Below are positions 20,690-29,943 of a stretch of 64,000 bases of DNA, piece by piece. The DNA is from a virus (taxonomy: Duplodnaviria > Heunggongvirae > Uroviricota > Caudoviricetes): positions 69,979 through 133,978 of IMG/VR virus record IMGVR_UViG_3300021387_000091; one strand, given 5' to 3'. The first letter of the stretch is position 1; each line of letters starts with the position of its first letter. Position numbers and translations under genes: made by a program. Below the pieces are notes generated by a model that was given only the letters and a program-made list of their open reading frames with translations, did no database searches and was not told the origin of the DNA.

Positions 20690-21586
20690 TTAGTACTTAT
20701 ATTCGTTATTATCTAAATCAGACTTTGGCGATTCAGAAGAATCTTTATCTAGATACTTATGAATTGTATCACCAATAACCTTATTAATATCAGAGGAATC
20801 ACATCTAAGAACATGATCTCCAAGCTTTTCATTCCAATCTGAACTAAATCTATTGTATCCATCATTTACATGAATATGAAATACATGATACTGTTCACAA
20901 GCTTTATTATAAGCTTCTGTATCAGTAATAGGTTTACAACCACTTTCATATCCCATGCAACGGACTAATGCATCACTACTTACTTCTGTAGCATTTCCTT
21001 CATCTCCAATTGTAAATAAGAAACCTTTCTTATGACGATTATACCAAGAATCAGTTTCCGTGTGATACCCCGCAGCAATCCAAGCAAGAAGATAAGATTC
21101 TACTCGGTTTCCACCACCGCCTCCTTCGAGATAAAGACTCTGAAGAGAAGAACAGATTTTTTCGGTATCAGATTCAAATTGAGTAATCTGAATAGGAGCA
21201 CGATCATACAAATGATCTCCAATTCCCATAAATAATAACTCAGGGTCAGGAACGCCAATTTCTTTTAATTGATTCATGAGTTTAGGAAGAAGTTCCGTAA
21301 CCATCTTATGTGGAATATGACCCATTGAACCAGTTACATCAAATGCAACAATAATAGGTGTAGTATTAGGATGTTCTTCAGAATCACGACATTCTCTAAC
21401 ACCTACATTTAACATTTTTGCATCAATATCTTTATTATATGTTCTTGCATCAATATTTAGACTTTTAATTGCATTAACATGATTAATACTCCTACTTTTA
21501 AATGCAGTATTAACATTGCTATTTGCTAAATTATTGTCAAGACTATAACTAGCATATGATGCAGTTGACCAACTACCAGAACCCAT
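20690..21586 (-). CDS. vWA-domain protein
   Basis: MIDAS-type motif IIVAFDVTGSM. Confidence 0.65.
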   Translation of the reverse strand: MGSGSWSTASYASYSLDNNLANSNVNTAFKSRSINHVNAIKSLNIDARTYNKDIDAKMLNVGVRECRDSEEHPNTTPIIVAFDVTGSMGHIPHKMVTELLPKLMNQLKEIGVPDPELLFMGIGDHLYDRAPIQITQFESDTEKICSSLQSLYLEGGGGGNRVESYLLAWIAAGYHTETDSWYNRHKKGFLFTIGDEGNATEVSSDALVRCMGYESGCKPITDTEAYNKACEQYHVFHIHVNDGYNRFSSDWNEKLGDHVLRCDSSDINKVIGDTIHKYLDKDSSESPKSDLDNNEYKY

Positions 21587-21942
21587 TAGTTATCCTCCTC
21601 TGTTGTATCAACAACTTCTTCTGTTTCAGGAAACATTTCATCATACCACTTCTTTACAAGATTATATTCAATCTTAGCGATACGAAGATCCTTCTGAAAT
21701 TGAATTTGCGTATCAACCCAAGCTTTAGGATCAAAATCCTTTGAACCAGGACGAAGTGAGTGTGTAGATTCTACTGCAAGATCAGCATGATTCTCAATCT
21801 GATTCTGTAAACGAAGAACCTTTGTTTTGTAAGAAGCAACTAAATTATTTGCTTCAATTTTAGTCATTTCGGCAATATTTGCCGCACGTGCATCTAGTAC
21901 ATTTTTACCAGTAGCACCAAGTCTTTCTTTAAAACTGGCCAT
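21586..21942 (-). CDS. hypothetical protein
   Basis: ORF track; stop overlaps next start (TAATG). Confidence 0.45.
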   Translation of the reverse strand: MASFKERLGATGKNVLDARAANIAEMTKIEANNLVASYKTKVLRLQNQIENHADLAVESTHSLRPGSKDFDPKAWVDTQIQFQKDLRIAKIEYNLVKKWYDEMFPETEEVVDTTEEDN

Positions 21943-21977
21943 TAATTAAAAAATTTAAATTTTTTACGACACTTTGA

Positions 21978-22049
21978 CTATAAATATTGGAATCGAACCA
22001 ATGTATTAACTACCCAAAAGTTATGTCCAAACCACTAGACGAATTTATA
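21978..22049 (-). tRNA. tRNA-Pro(TGG) second copy with all-A/T acceptor stem
   Basis: TATAAAT TC GTCT...GGAC A TAACT-TTTGGGT-AGTTA ATAC ATTGG-TTCGATT-CCAAT ATTTATA G. Confidence 0.55.
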
Positions 22050-22062
22050 TTATCCTTATAAT

Positions 22063-22078
22063 ATTGTAAGTGTCGTTA
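22063..22078 (+). repeat. motif ATTGTAAGTGTC (M1 copy)
   Basis: Next to unresolved tRNA-like element 22083-22135 and inverted M3 copy at 22160-22176. Confidence 0.45.
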
Positions 22079-22239
22079 TTTGAGGCTCCTCCGGATCCCG
22101 AGACCGGTACTAGGGGTTACAAATCCCTTATTTTACCTGTTAAACTAAAGAGCCGTTAATGATACTTATTTAAACATATAAAGCCATTAATTTTTTTTGT
22201 TTTATAAAGTATTATAAGTATCATAAAATATTATAAAAG

Positions 22240-23406
22240 TTAAAAAATACACTCGTTAAAATAATTAAGCACTTCATTATTAACAGGTTCTTTAAAACAT
22301 TCTAATATGTCTTGTTCCCTATCTTTAATAAACTGCTGAGCTAACAAACGAGTATTTTCTTGTACTGGTCTATCGTGACTTAAATAAATTTGATCAAAAA
22401 TAACACCATCTCCTGCTTTATAAGCACTAAAAGTACAATCTTCTGGAGAACTCATATGAAATGCAATATAATTGTGACTTTGGATTCTATCAAAATAACA
22501 ATTATATAAACAATGATGCATTGTTTTAGCCTCAATAAAAACTTCTTTTTCTGAATTTAATAATTTTATATTATCTCCAGAAATTATATTTTTATATATT
22601 GGAACTTCATCTTTATCTTCAATTTCTTTCTCCAAAACAGTACGTATTTGTTTCTGATGTTCTAGATTAATTCTTTTAATAGACCATTTAAAATCTACAA
22701 TTTGATTTAATTTTACTGCATAAGTTAATAAATCATAATATAAATTAAGATTATCTGTATTTGTTAAAATATCAATACTGTCTTCTAAATTTCTAGTGAA
22801 ATCTCTCAGGTCAAAGATATTAAAGTAATAATGTCCATTAGTTAATAAACAATATTTCTTTACAAATCTCCAACCGATGTTTTTAATTCCAAAAACTCGT
22901 TTCTCAATAAATTTATAAAACGTCTCTTCGTTGTATATTTTATGAGTAATAATTGCACGAAATACAGAACTTTTTACAAAAAAGATTCGCATAAGATGTT
23001 GTGGAATATCTCTATACCAATCAATATTACACAAAGTAAAAAATGCGAGAATAAACTGTAAATCACATTTTAGATTTATCCTGTTTGATTCAATATAAAT
23101 ATATTGTGATAAAGGAGCTTTCCGTAAAAAGATTTTGTTTCCAATACGAGTAATTACAGTATTAGTTTGACATAAACAAATATGATTATCTTTAATTGTT
23201 AATATACAATTTGTATTATTAGCATGTTTTTCACAAAGCTTATTCTTTTCAAAATAATCTAAATCTTTAAAATTATCAGGAATTTGTTTTGATCCAATAT
23301 CATTAGTAACTTCTGTAACTAATGAATTGTCTACTTTAAAAGTCTCAATAAATTTCCTAAGACTAATCGATTGATCTTTCATGCTAACAGATTTTCTCTT
23401 AGACAT
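22240..23406 (-). CDS. PcfJ-like protein
   Basis: C-terminal AKTMHHCLYNCY resembles PcfJ-family HHC motif. Confidence 0.4.
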   Translation of the reverse strand: MSKRKSVSMKDQSISLRKFIETFKVDNSLVTEVTNDIGSKQIPDNFKDLDYFEKNKLCEKHANNTNCILTIKDNHICLCQTNTVITRIGNKIFLRKAPLSQYIYIESNRINLKCDLQFILAFFTLCNIDWYRDIPQHLMRIFFVKSSVFRAIITHKIYNEETFYKFIEKRVFGIKNIGWRFVKKYCLLTNGHYYFNIFDLRDFTRNLEDSIDILTNTDNLNLYYDLLTYAVKLNQIVDFKWSIKRINLEHQKQIRTVLEKEIEDKDEVPIYKNIISGDNIKLLNSEKEVFIEAKTMHHCLYNCYFDRIQSHNYIAFHMSSPEDCTFSAYKAGDGVIFDQIYLSHDRPVQENTRLLAQQFIKDREQDILECFKEPVNNEVLNYFNECIF

Positions 23407-23469
23407 AATATTATAAACTATGTTAACTTTATAAAAAATTATTTTATTTTATAAGTATCATAACTATTT

Positions 23470-24147
23470 TTATAGTCCAAATTTTTTTCTATATTTTCTT
23501 ATTGTTGCTTCAGAAACATTATATTTTTGTGCGATTCATAAATTGGATCTACCTTGCGCAATATATTGTTTTATATTTTCAACTTCACTATCTCAATCTA
23601 CAATTTTTCGATGTTTTGAAGCACAAGATAAACATAAACCAGAATTTGTTTTAGTTTCTCTTCCACACTCTGAACAATAATATTTTATCTTTTCCGTTTT
23701 ATTCGCATTACCGCAATAATTTTCTGTTTGCGAATGACAATTTGGACATAGCATTTGTAAATTACTTAATTCATTATTTGTTTCGTCTCCATCTATATGA
23801 TGTAGCTGACAAATAATAGGTTTATTTAATCATTCTGTTAATCCACAGCATTCACACTTATTTTGTTTTAATCCAGCATTGATTAATTTTTCTTTAAGTT
23901 TGGAAGATTTTATACAACTTCCATTAATAAGATATTCTTCAACTGATTTACATCTGCTTTTTCCTTTATCTTTAGACACAAATGTAAAATGAGATGTGTC
24001 TAGCCCATATTCTTTTATTTTATTTTTAAGGGTGTCTGAATTTCTACCTCTAACAGGAATTTCAAGTTCACGTAATGTATCTGCATAACAGAAATTATTT
24101 GCCACTGCTTTTTGTATGCGTTCTAAAGATCAATCATATTTTTTCAT
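23470..24147 (-). CDS. HNH homing endonuclease with C-terminal HTH (4 in-frame TGA)
   Basis: ORF 23830-24105 continues through TGA; CECCG...ICQLHHIDGDETNN...LCPNCHS HNH motif; ATG 24145-24147, TAA 23470-23472. Confidence 0.6.
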
Positions 24148-24226
24148 AATTAAAAATTTATTTGTTAAACATTTTATTTTGTAGTACAAAGATACAAAAT
24201 AATTTTGTGCTATCCAAATAAATTTG

Positions 24227-24522
24227 TTGAAATGCCGGGATTCGAACCCAGATTGCAAGAGCCACTTACTACTATAACTTTCGTTACCGTAAAATACGTT
24301 TGTAGTCTGGAGTTCCTCTTAACCATAACAAATCTTGTTTTAGGTTCGCTCTATAAACTCTCTACACACTGTCTTTAAACATTGGCTCGGGATTGCCATC
24401 ACCTTTACGTGTTAAGGGTTCCCCGAATTAGGAGCGTTCTACTTCTATTCTTTCAAATAGAGCATTCTGGTAACCAATAATGGTCTGGTAAATCTTGTGT
24501 CCTACCATTGGACGACATTTCA
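24227..24522 (-). tRNA. tRNA (most parsimoniously Gln UUG) interrupted by a group I intron in the anticodon loop
   Basis: 5' exon TGAAATG TC GTCC-AATGGTA-GGAC A CAAGA TTT (24522-24490); 3' exon TGGC TCTTG CAAT CTGGG-TTCGAAT-CCCGG CATTTCA A (24264-24227); U1:A72. Confidence 0.65.
24265..24489 (-). other. group I intron (~225 nt) within tRNA anticodon loop
   Basis: P-like AATTCGGGGAA, Q-like AATCCCGAGCC, R-like CCAGACTACA, S-like AAGTTATAGT elements in canonical order; 5' exon ends in U, intron ends in G. Confidence 0.6.
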
Positions 24523-24603
24523 ATTCAAAATGTAACTTAAAATAACATGTAATTCATTGATGACAGTATAAAATATTTAAGTTGTAAGTTACATTATTAA
24601 TAA

Positions 24604-25038
24604 TTAATTTATTGCAGGAACAAGTTTATACTTTTCTCCAACAATGTTTTTAATAATTTTATTTAAACGACTAATATAAACCCAATCGTTATCATAACCA
24701 ATTGTAACAAGAATAACAGAATTAATATCAGATTCATCAATCCACCCATTAACTGTTTCTTCAGAAGATCCAAATCCAATAGCAATTTGTTTGATATGAA
24801 GAATATCTTCCTTTGTTTTTGGAATAACAACAAACACTTCACTTTCACAACTACCGGTATAGAATAAATCCTCTTCGGTAGAAGATTCACGAATAGACAT
24901 ATCCTTTAAATAGGATTTCATTGCACAGGCAAATGTTTTTTCATAAGTCTTACAAGCACCTGAATCAGCAAATTCTTTACCGTCACATGCTACATAAACA
25001 TTAACATAACTTTTCTGTTCAACTTGTTTTGTAACCAT
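24604..25038 (-). CDS. hypothetical protein
   Basis: ORF track. Confidence 0.5.
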   Translation of the reverse strand: MVTKQVEQKSYVNVYVACDGKEFADSGACKTYEKTFACAMKSYLKDMSIRESSTEEDLFYTGSCESEVFVVIPKTKEDILHIKQIAIGFGSSEETVNGWIDESDINSVILVTIGYDNDWVYISRLNKIIKNIVGEKYKLVPAIN

Positions 25039-25207
25039 AATTAATTTTTATTACTCATTATTTTTATAATATTACTTATGTCCTTTCTAGAGTATTGCAA
25101 CTCTTTTAAAAATTTACAAAAACTAATTTTTAAATGTGTTTCTTGTCGATATTCTTTATATCGTTCCTTTAATGTAATACAGTTTCTTAACATATGTAAA
25201 AAATATG

Positions 25208-25288
25208 TGCGGAAGAAGGGACTCGAACCCTTACGCCTTGCGGCATCAGCTCCTAAGGCTGACGTGGCTGCCATTACACCACTTCCGC
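25208..25288 (-). tRNA. tRNA-Leu(TAG), class II
   Basis: 81 nt; anticodon arm TCAGC-CTTAGGA-GCTGA, variable arm GCCGCAAGGCG, A73. Confidence 0.85.
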
Positions 25289-25471
25289 AAATATACTTTA
25301 TTTCATCTACCGGAGGAAAAGTATTAAAACCCGGAAGTCCGTAAGCGTTGGATTAATTTGTTCGCCAGCTACCAACTATCCTACGTTTAGCATCTCACTT
25401 AATTTAATAAGGCTGATCTTTCACATGTTGATACGACGTAGATGGAATTTGCCACTCTCTTACCCTTCCTT

Positions 25472-25852
25472 TTATTTCTCTGGCTCTAATTCAATTAGAA
25501 GTCTAAATGGTCGTGGTTTGCCAGTTTTATTTACTTGCTCTTGTGCACAATTTCTACAAAGGGTTCTATACCAACCACCGCCAATAGTTCCAATATTCTC
25601 TGTTGAACCGCACTCTTCACACGTATAAAAAGATTTTGATTCAGCTTCATAAATCATTTGCTTTAATTCTTCTGTAGGATTATCTACATAAATTCTTAAT
25701 CCTGCAAATTTTTCTTTTATTTGAGTTATTTCTATTTTAGATTCATGGCTTTTATTCCATTCTTCTACATAATCAATAATAGGTTGATATAGAGATTTCC
25801 AACCATGACCACATTCTATACCAAATAATTCATAACATGTTTTTGATTCCAT
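25472..25852 (-). CDS. hypothetical Cys-rich (zinc-ribbon-like) protein
   Basis: ORF 25472-25897 trimmed to internal ATG to avoid tRNA-Arg; CxxC...CxxC. Confidence 0.45.
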   Translation of the reverse strand: MESKTCYELFGIECGHGWKSLYQPIIDYVEEWNKSHESKIEITQIKEKFAGLRIYVDNPTEELKQMIYEAESKSFYTCEECGSTENIGTIGGGWYRTLCRNCAQEQVNKTGKPRPFRLLIELEPEK

Positions 25853-25872
25853 AATATTAGATTTATTATTTG

Positions 25873-25946
25873 TGATTCCGATGCGGCTCGAACGCATGAC
25901 CTACAGCTTAGAAGGCTGTTGCTCTATCCAACTGAGCTACGAAACC
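25873..25946 (-). tRNA. tRNA-Arg(TCT)
   Basis: D-arm GCTC-AGTTGGATA-GAGC, anticodon arm ACAGC-CTTCTAA-GCTGT, T-arm ATGCG-TTCGAGC-CGCAT. Confidence 0.8.
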
Positions 25947-25961
25947 ATTTAAATGTCTCTT

Positions 25962-26040
25962 TTAATGCTTATTGGAATCGAACCAATTATTTTTGAACCC
26001 TATTCAAATGTTAAAACCATTTAACTAAAGCTAATAAATA
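25962..26040 (-). pseudogene. degenerate tRNA-like element (T-arm identical to tRNA-Pro copy 2; acceptor does not pair)
   Basis: ATTGG-TTCGATT-CCAAT T-arm and TTTGA-ATAGGGT-TCAAA hairpin but only 4 acceptor base pairs. Confidence 0.3.
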
Positions 26041-26179
26041 TTGTAAGAGACATATTATAACGAAACCTACTATTTTGAAAATTCTAAATTTCTGAGAAAT
26101 TCCGGAATGATACATCAGAAATGTATTTAAAAATAACAGGGAATAGTAGGAATAAATTGTTCAATAAAAGACACTTTAG

Positions 26180-26330
26180 TATTTTTGCTAAACCACTTAG
26201 CGACTTTTCCTAATATTGGCAGAAAAGACGAGATTCGAACTCGCGTAACAAAATATTTTATAATATTGTAAGTGTCTTATTAAAAGTCTATGATACTTAA
26301 TTACGTGCTCTATCCGCTGAGCTATTTGTA
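26180..26330 (-). ncRNA. tRNA-like module with intact D-arm and T-arm but no anticodon arm (Y-RNA/YrlA-like candidate)
   Basis: GCTC-AGCGGATA-GAGC D-arm at 26321-26306 and GCGAG-TTCGAAT-CTCGT...CTGCCA at 26245-26210; 5' and 3' acceptor strands do not pair; M1/M2 motifs in the spacer. Confidence 0.3.
26265..26305 (+). repeat. adjacent inverted motif copies ATTGTAAGTGTC ... GATACTTAA
   Basis: M1 and inverted M2/M3 copies 15 nt apart inside the tRNA-like module. Confidence 0.45.
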
Positions 26331-26339
26331 AACAATACA

Positions 26340-26400
26340 CAAAACAGGATTCGAACCTGTGACACCGGCATTAAAAGTGCTAAATTTGAGATTATAAGTA
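26340..26400 (-). ncRNA. second tRNA-like fragment (T-arm plus acceptor strand)
   Basis: ACAGG-TTCGAAT-CCTGT TTTGTGT with weak CTTTTAA hairpin; no pairing 5' acceptor. Confidence 0.25.
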
Positions 26401-26408
26401 TCATAAAT

Positions 26409-26446
26409 AGAACTTCTGGGACTATCCCTAATCCCAGAAGTTTTAA
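26409..26446. terminator. rho-independent terminator hairpin (bidirectional)
   Basis: CTTCTGGGA...TCCCAGAAG 9-bp stem flanked by T-runs on both strands. Confidence 0.55.
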
Positions 26447-26482
26447 TACACAAAGATACGAATTTAAACTTGAAAATCCAAA

Positions 26483-28309
26483 TTAAATTACATACTTTCT
26501 AACAAAATCATAACGATTACTTCTATAGATAGACATGAGTGGAGTATAGACATCAAAAATATCAATATCTTTAAAATTAACAAGCATTTGCTCAATTAAT
26601 TCAATTTTACCAGGAATATACATTACCTGATCAATATCTGCAAAATGGTTAATATTATAGTTATTGAAATTTCCAATTTCTATAATTACAATATATGGAA
26701 TAAATCCAAGATACTGTTCACACTTATGTTGAAGCTCGAGAATAGATGATTTAGCATCATAGCTATTATTCAAATCGCCATCAGAGCAGCAAATCCATAC
26801 AGGATATTCTCGTAAAGCATCTAATGTGTCTGGTTCTGATTTTGCAATTTCTTTTAGTCTTTCAGCAATAGAAGAAATATAAGTTCCACCACCTTTAAAT
26901 GTTGCATTTAAGAATTCAGAAATTCGTTTATAATTTTCATAAAAACTCTTTTCTGGAATAATAAATGGCTCTGGAACAATACTAACAACATTCTGTCTAT
27001 GCCAAAAACTATTTACCACTTTTGAACCTTTACAATCAATTGCAGACAAAAATCTTGCCTGATTTGCAAACATTCCAATAAGATTTCTTCCAGTATCATC
27101 AGGATTCTTATAGAGAAGAACAGATGCAAGAAATGCTGCAAAATTATATGGTGCACCCTGCATTGATCCAGATTCATCTATGATGGTTAAGAAATTAAAT
27201 GGAAGATTTACTTTGTTTTCTACAAAAGATTCTAACTTTAATTTATCCGGATTTCCAGAAAGAATCTCTTTATATAAATCTTCAAAAGTTGATGCACCAG
27301 TTGTAACTTTAGCTTCTTTCTTTACTTTTTCAAGACGAATCCTATCCTCTATAGAAGCAGTTCCTTGACGAACTTTTTCCTGAAGAACACGTTGTTCCTG
27401 CTGAGCATTTTCCTTAAACTTTTCCCAATCAAGATACCACTGTTTTAAATTTGGCCATTTAAGAATGGTTTTTGCATCATCCTTATATGAATAGAAAATC
27501 CTATTTTTAACACGATATCTTGCTTGCGCTGGAAGTTTGTTTATCCAATTGGTAAACTGCAATTTATCAAATTCTGATATTTTTCCAGTTGAAAATAGAA
27601 CAGACTCAAGATTGGAATTATACTGTCTTCTCCAAGAACGATATCCTTTAAAATTAGCAAATTTACCATTAAAAACATAAGTCCAACCCATCTTAACAGA
27701 AATATCTTTCAAGAACTGAGCTTTTTCAAGCATTACTCGATAGGTGTCTGGCAACATTTGCTTATGTCCACTTCTTTTTCCAAGTCTAGGTAAAGTTAAG
27801 AATTTAGCAACAAGCATCTTCTTAAATGGATTGTTTCCATTAATAATAGACACTACGTAATCCTCTAAATCCTCTCTATACTTAGGAATAGAAAGCATAT
27901 TATAAACATTTATTACATCTCGAGTTTTAGCTCTTGTTTGAACCCTACTTCTAAAAAGGTTATCGAAACAAGTATATTCATCAAACAAACCTGCCCACAA
28001 GAACTTTTTAAATTGCTCATAATCATTAGCAATTATCCAGTTCATTATAATGAAAAACTCATTTCTTTTAGCTTGTCCTCCAGAATCCACCTTATTTCCT
28101 TTAAAGATATTATGTTCACGATTTGTAATATCTCCAATAGAAAATAAAAGAGAGTAAAACATCTCTCTTTTTACTTTATCATCTTTTACCTCATTATAAG
28201 CAGAAGTTAAAAGACTATTTGTAATAGACTGACCCTGAAAAATAGAAAGACAATTTTTTAATCCATAAAAAGGATTTTCATTCGTTTTATTAAATTCTAC
28301 CTTTACCAT
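26483..28309 (-). CDS. large protein with C-terminal vWA domain (possible TROVE/Ro60-like architecture)
   Basis: 608 aa; MIDAS LTIIDESGSM at ~aa 378, then GGGT and CSDGD motifs; ~375-aa N-terminal domain of unknown fold. Confidence 0.55.
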   Translation of the reverse strand: MVKVEFNKTNENPFYGLKNCLSIFQGQSITNSLLTSAYNEVKDDKVKREMFYSLLFSIGDITNREHNIFKGNKVDSGGQAKRNEFFIIMNWIIANDYEQFKKFLWAGLFDEYTCFDNLFRSRVQTRAKTRDVINVYNMLSIPKYREDLEDYVVSIINGNNPFKKMLVAKFLTLPRLGKRSGHKQMLPDTYRVMLEKAQFLKDISVKMGWTYVFNGKFANFKGYRSWRRQYNSNLESVLFSTGKISEFDKLQFTNWINKLPAQARYRVKNRIFYSYKDDAKTILKWPNLKQWYLDWEKFKENAQQEQRVLQEKVRQGTASIEDRIRLEKVKKEAKVTTGASTFEDLYKEILSGNPDKLKLESFVENKVNLPFNFLTIIDESGSMQGAPYNFAAFLASVLLYKNPDDTGRNLIGMFANQARFLSAIDCKGSKVVNSFWHRQNVVSIVPEPFIIPEKSFYENYKRISEFLNATFKGGGTYISSIAERLKEIAKSEPDTLDALREYPVWICCSDGDLNNSYDAKSSILELQHKCEQYLGFIPYIVIIEIGNFNNYNINHFADIDQVMYIPGKIELIEQMLVNFKDIDIFDVYTPLMSIYRSNRYDFVRKYVI

Positions 28310-28323
28310 AAGTTAACAAATTG

Positions 28324-28689
28324 TTACTTTACATATTTTTTCATTTGATGATATACATCCCATAATGTATCGTTAAGGATTGCATCATCACCCCAATAAA
28401 TGACATCATCTTTATCAACTATATATAGATTTTTACCTGGTTGCTTACAATCACCAAATCTATCAATGGAATATCCAACAGTTATAACAGATATATCTTT
28501 ATCTCCACTATCGTAATCCCAAATAGTCATTATTGGACAATCTTCTGGAGATTCTTTAAAAGTAAATTGGGTTACTTCCCACTCTTCAAGTAACCCAATT
28601 ATTCTTTCTTTAATCTCTGTAGCAATACTACAAATTACCTCCCAAAGATCGTTGTCATTTAATTGTTTGAGATATGAATGTCGTTTCAT
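28324..28689 (-). CDS. hypothetical protein
   Basis: ORF track. Confidence 0.45.
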   Translation of the reverse strand: MKRHSYLKQLNDNDLWEVICSIATEIKERIIGLLEEWEVTQFTFKESPEDCPIMTIWDYDSGDKDISVITVGYSIDRFGDCKQPGKNLYIVDKDDVIYWGDDAILNDTLWDVYHQMKKYVK

Positions 28690-29108
28690 TACTCAAGTTC
28701 TTTAATCTTCTGCTGAAGTTCAGAAATAAGATCTTGAGGAGTCTTCTGAGACTGAACAAGTTCATCAAGCTGTTTTGTAAGACGAGCCTTCTCTTTAGCA
28801 TTATCGGATAGTTGCTGCTGATAAAGCTTCCATCCAATTGTAAGAGAAATAAGTCGTTTCTCAGTTTCCAGTTTAGAAATCTCTTCTGCATTTGGATTTT
28901 CAATCCATTCATCTGCAACAGAAAGTTTTGTAATTTTATTCTGTACAAATTGTGCAAGAGAACGAAGAGAAGAAACAGCCATTCCATTTACAAGGTCAAA
29001 TACATCATATTCTTGACCCATTGGCCCAGAATAAATGCATTTTCCGAGAATAGAATCTGCAATTAATGAACGAAGTTCATTTTCGTTTTCTTTAGTAAAA
29101 TTAATCAT
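28689..29108 (-). CDS. hypothetical protein
   Basis: ORF track. Confidence 0.45.
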   Translation of the reverse strand: MINFTKENENELRSLIADSILGKCIYSGPMGQEYDVFDLVNGMAVSSLRSLAQFVQNKITKLSVADEWIENPNAEEISKLETEKRLISLTIGWKLYQQQLSDNAKEKARLTKQLDELVQSQKTPQDLISELQQKIKELE

Positions 29109-29943
29109 AATTATTGTCCTTTTTAATTATTTCACCTTTCCAACAATATTCTGGAATTTCACACTTTGTATTTTCATCGTTTAATTCAGATGGCTTCATT
29201 AAATGTGTATCTGGATTATATTCAAAAATAGCTCTACAATCAACACATATACCTCCATTCCAAGTTCTAAGTTGTCCAGTTATTTCTCCTTGTTGATGAC
29301 TAAAAACTTGTACACATTGCCATCCTTCTGGATTCATCCAGTCAGAATATAAATCACTCCAAAAAGGACCTCCGTAAGAAGCATCTCCTCCACGAGATCG
29401 TCCAATATCAAATATATTGGAGTTTAGGCTAGCGTATCCAAAATGTTGATTTGGGGCTTCATCGTTTTGTAACTCCAAGGCCCATTCATTTTCAATATAA
29501 GAAACAATATTATCTTCTGTTATTTGAAATGTACTACCTTTGTTTACAAGTATTTCATTAACAACTTTAATCCACCCATCATTAATACCTGCGTGTGTAA
29601 AGATAGTATCTCCTACCTTATAAATTGGATGAAATAAGTTAATATTATCTCTATAAATCTTGTGAAGTTCTTGATAATATTTCCTTGATGTTCTCTCAAA
29701 ACCCATTGGTGACCAAATCCAACTAGCGTCATGATTTCCAGTTAAAAGAATTACGTTTTTATTATTCTTAGCAAATTCAATAATCTCTTTCAACTTTTCA
29801 ATACCATCTTCATCATCAAATCCTTCCCAATAATAAGGATCCATATAATCTCCCATGAAAATGATAGGAGTATCTTTTACATTGAGAACTGGTTTATAGA
29901 ATGATCGACAATGTTCATCACTTACCACAATTATTTTGGCCAT
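29101..29943 (-). CDS. metallophosphoesterase
   Basis: VVSDEH, MGDYMD, LTGNHD motifs. Confidence 0.7.
   Translation of the reverse strand: MAKIIVVSDEHCRSFYKPVLNVKDTPIIFMGDYMDPYYWEGFDDEDGIEKLKEIIEFAKNNKNVILLTGNHDASWIWSPMGFERTSRKYYQELHKIYRDNINLFHPIYKVGDTIFTHAGINDGWIKVVNEILVNKGSTFQITEDNIVSYIENEWALELQNDEAPNQHFGYASLNSNIFDIGRSRGGDASYGGPFWSDLYSDWMNPEGWQCVQVFSHQQGEITGQLRTWNGGICVDCRAIFEYNPDTHLMKPSELNDENTKCEIPEYCWKGEIIKKDNNYD

Noticed and set aside
22083-22135. Possible additional tRNA between tRNA-Pro copy 2 and the PcfJ-like gene
   Set aside because: A T-arm-like AGGGG-TTACAAA-TCCCT hairpin is present, but no acceptor or anticodon stems could be paired on either strand; treated as a remnant.
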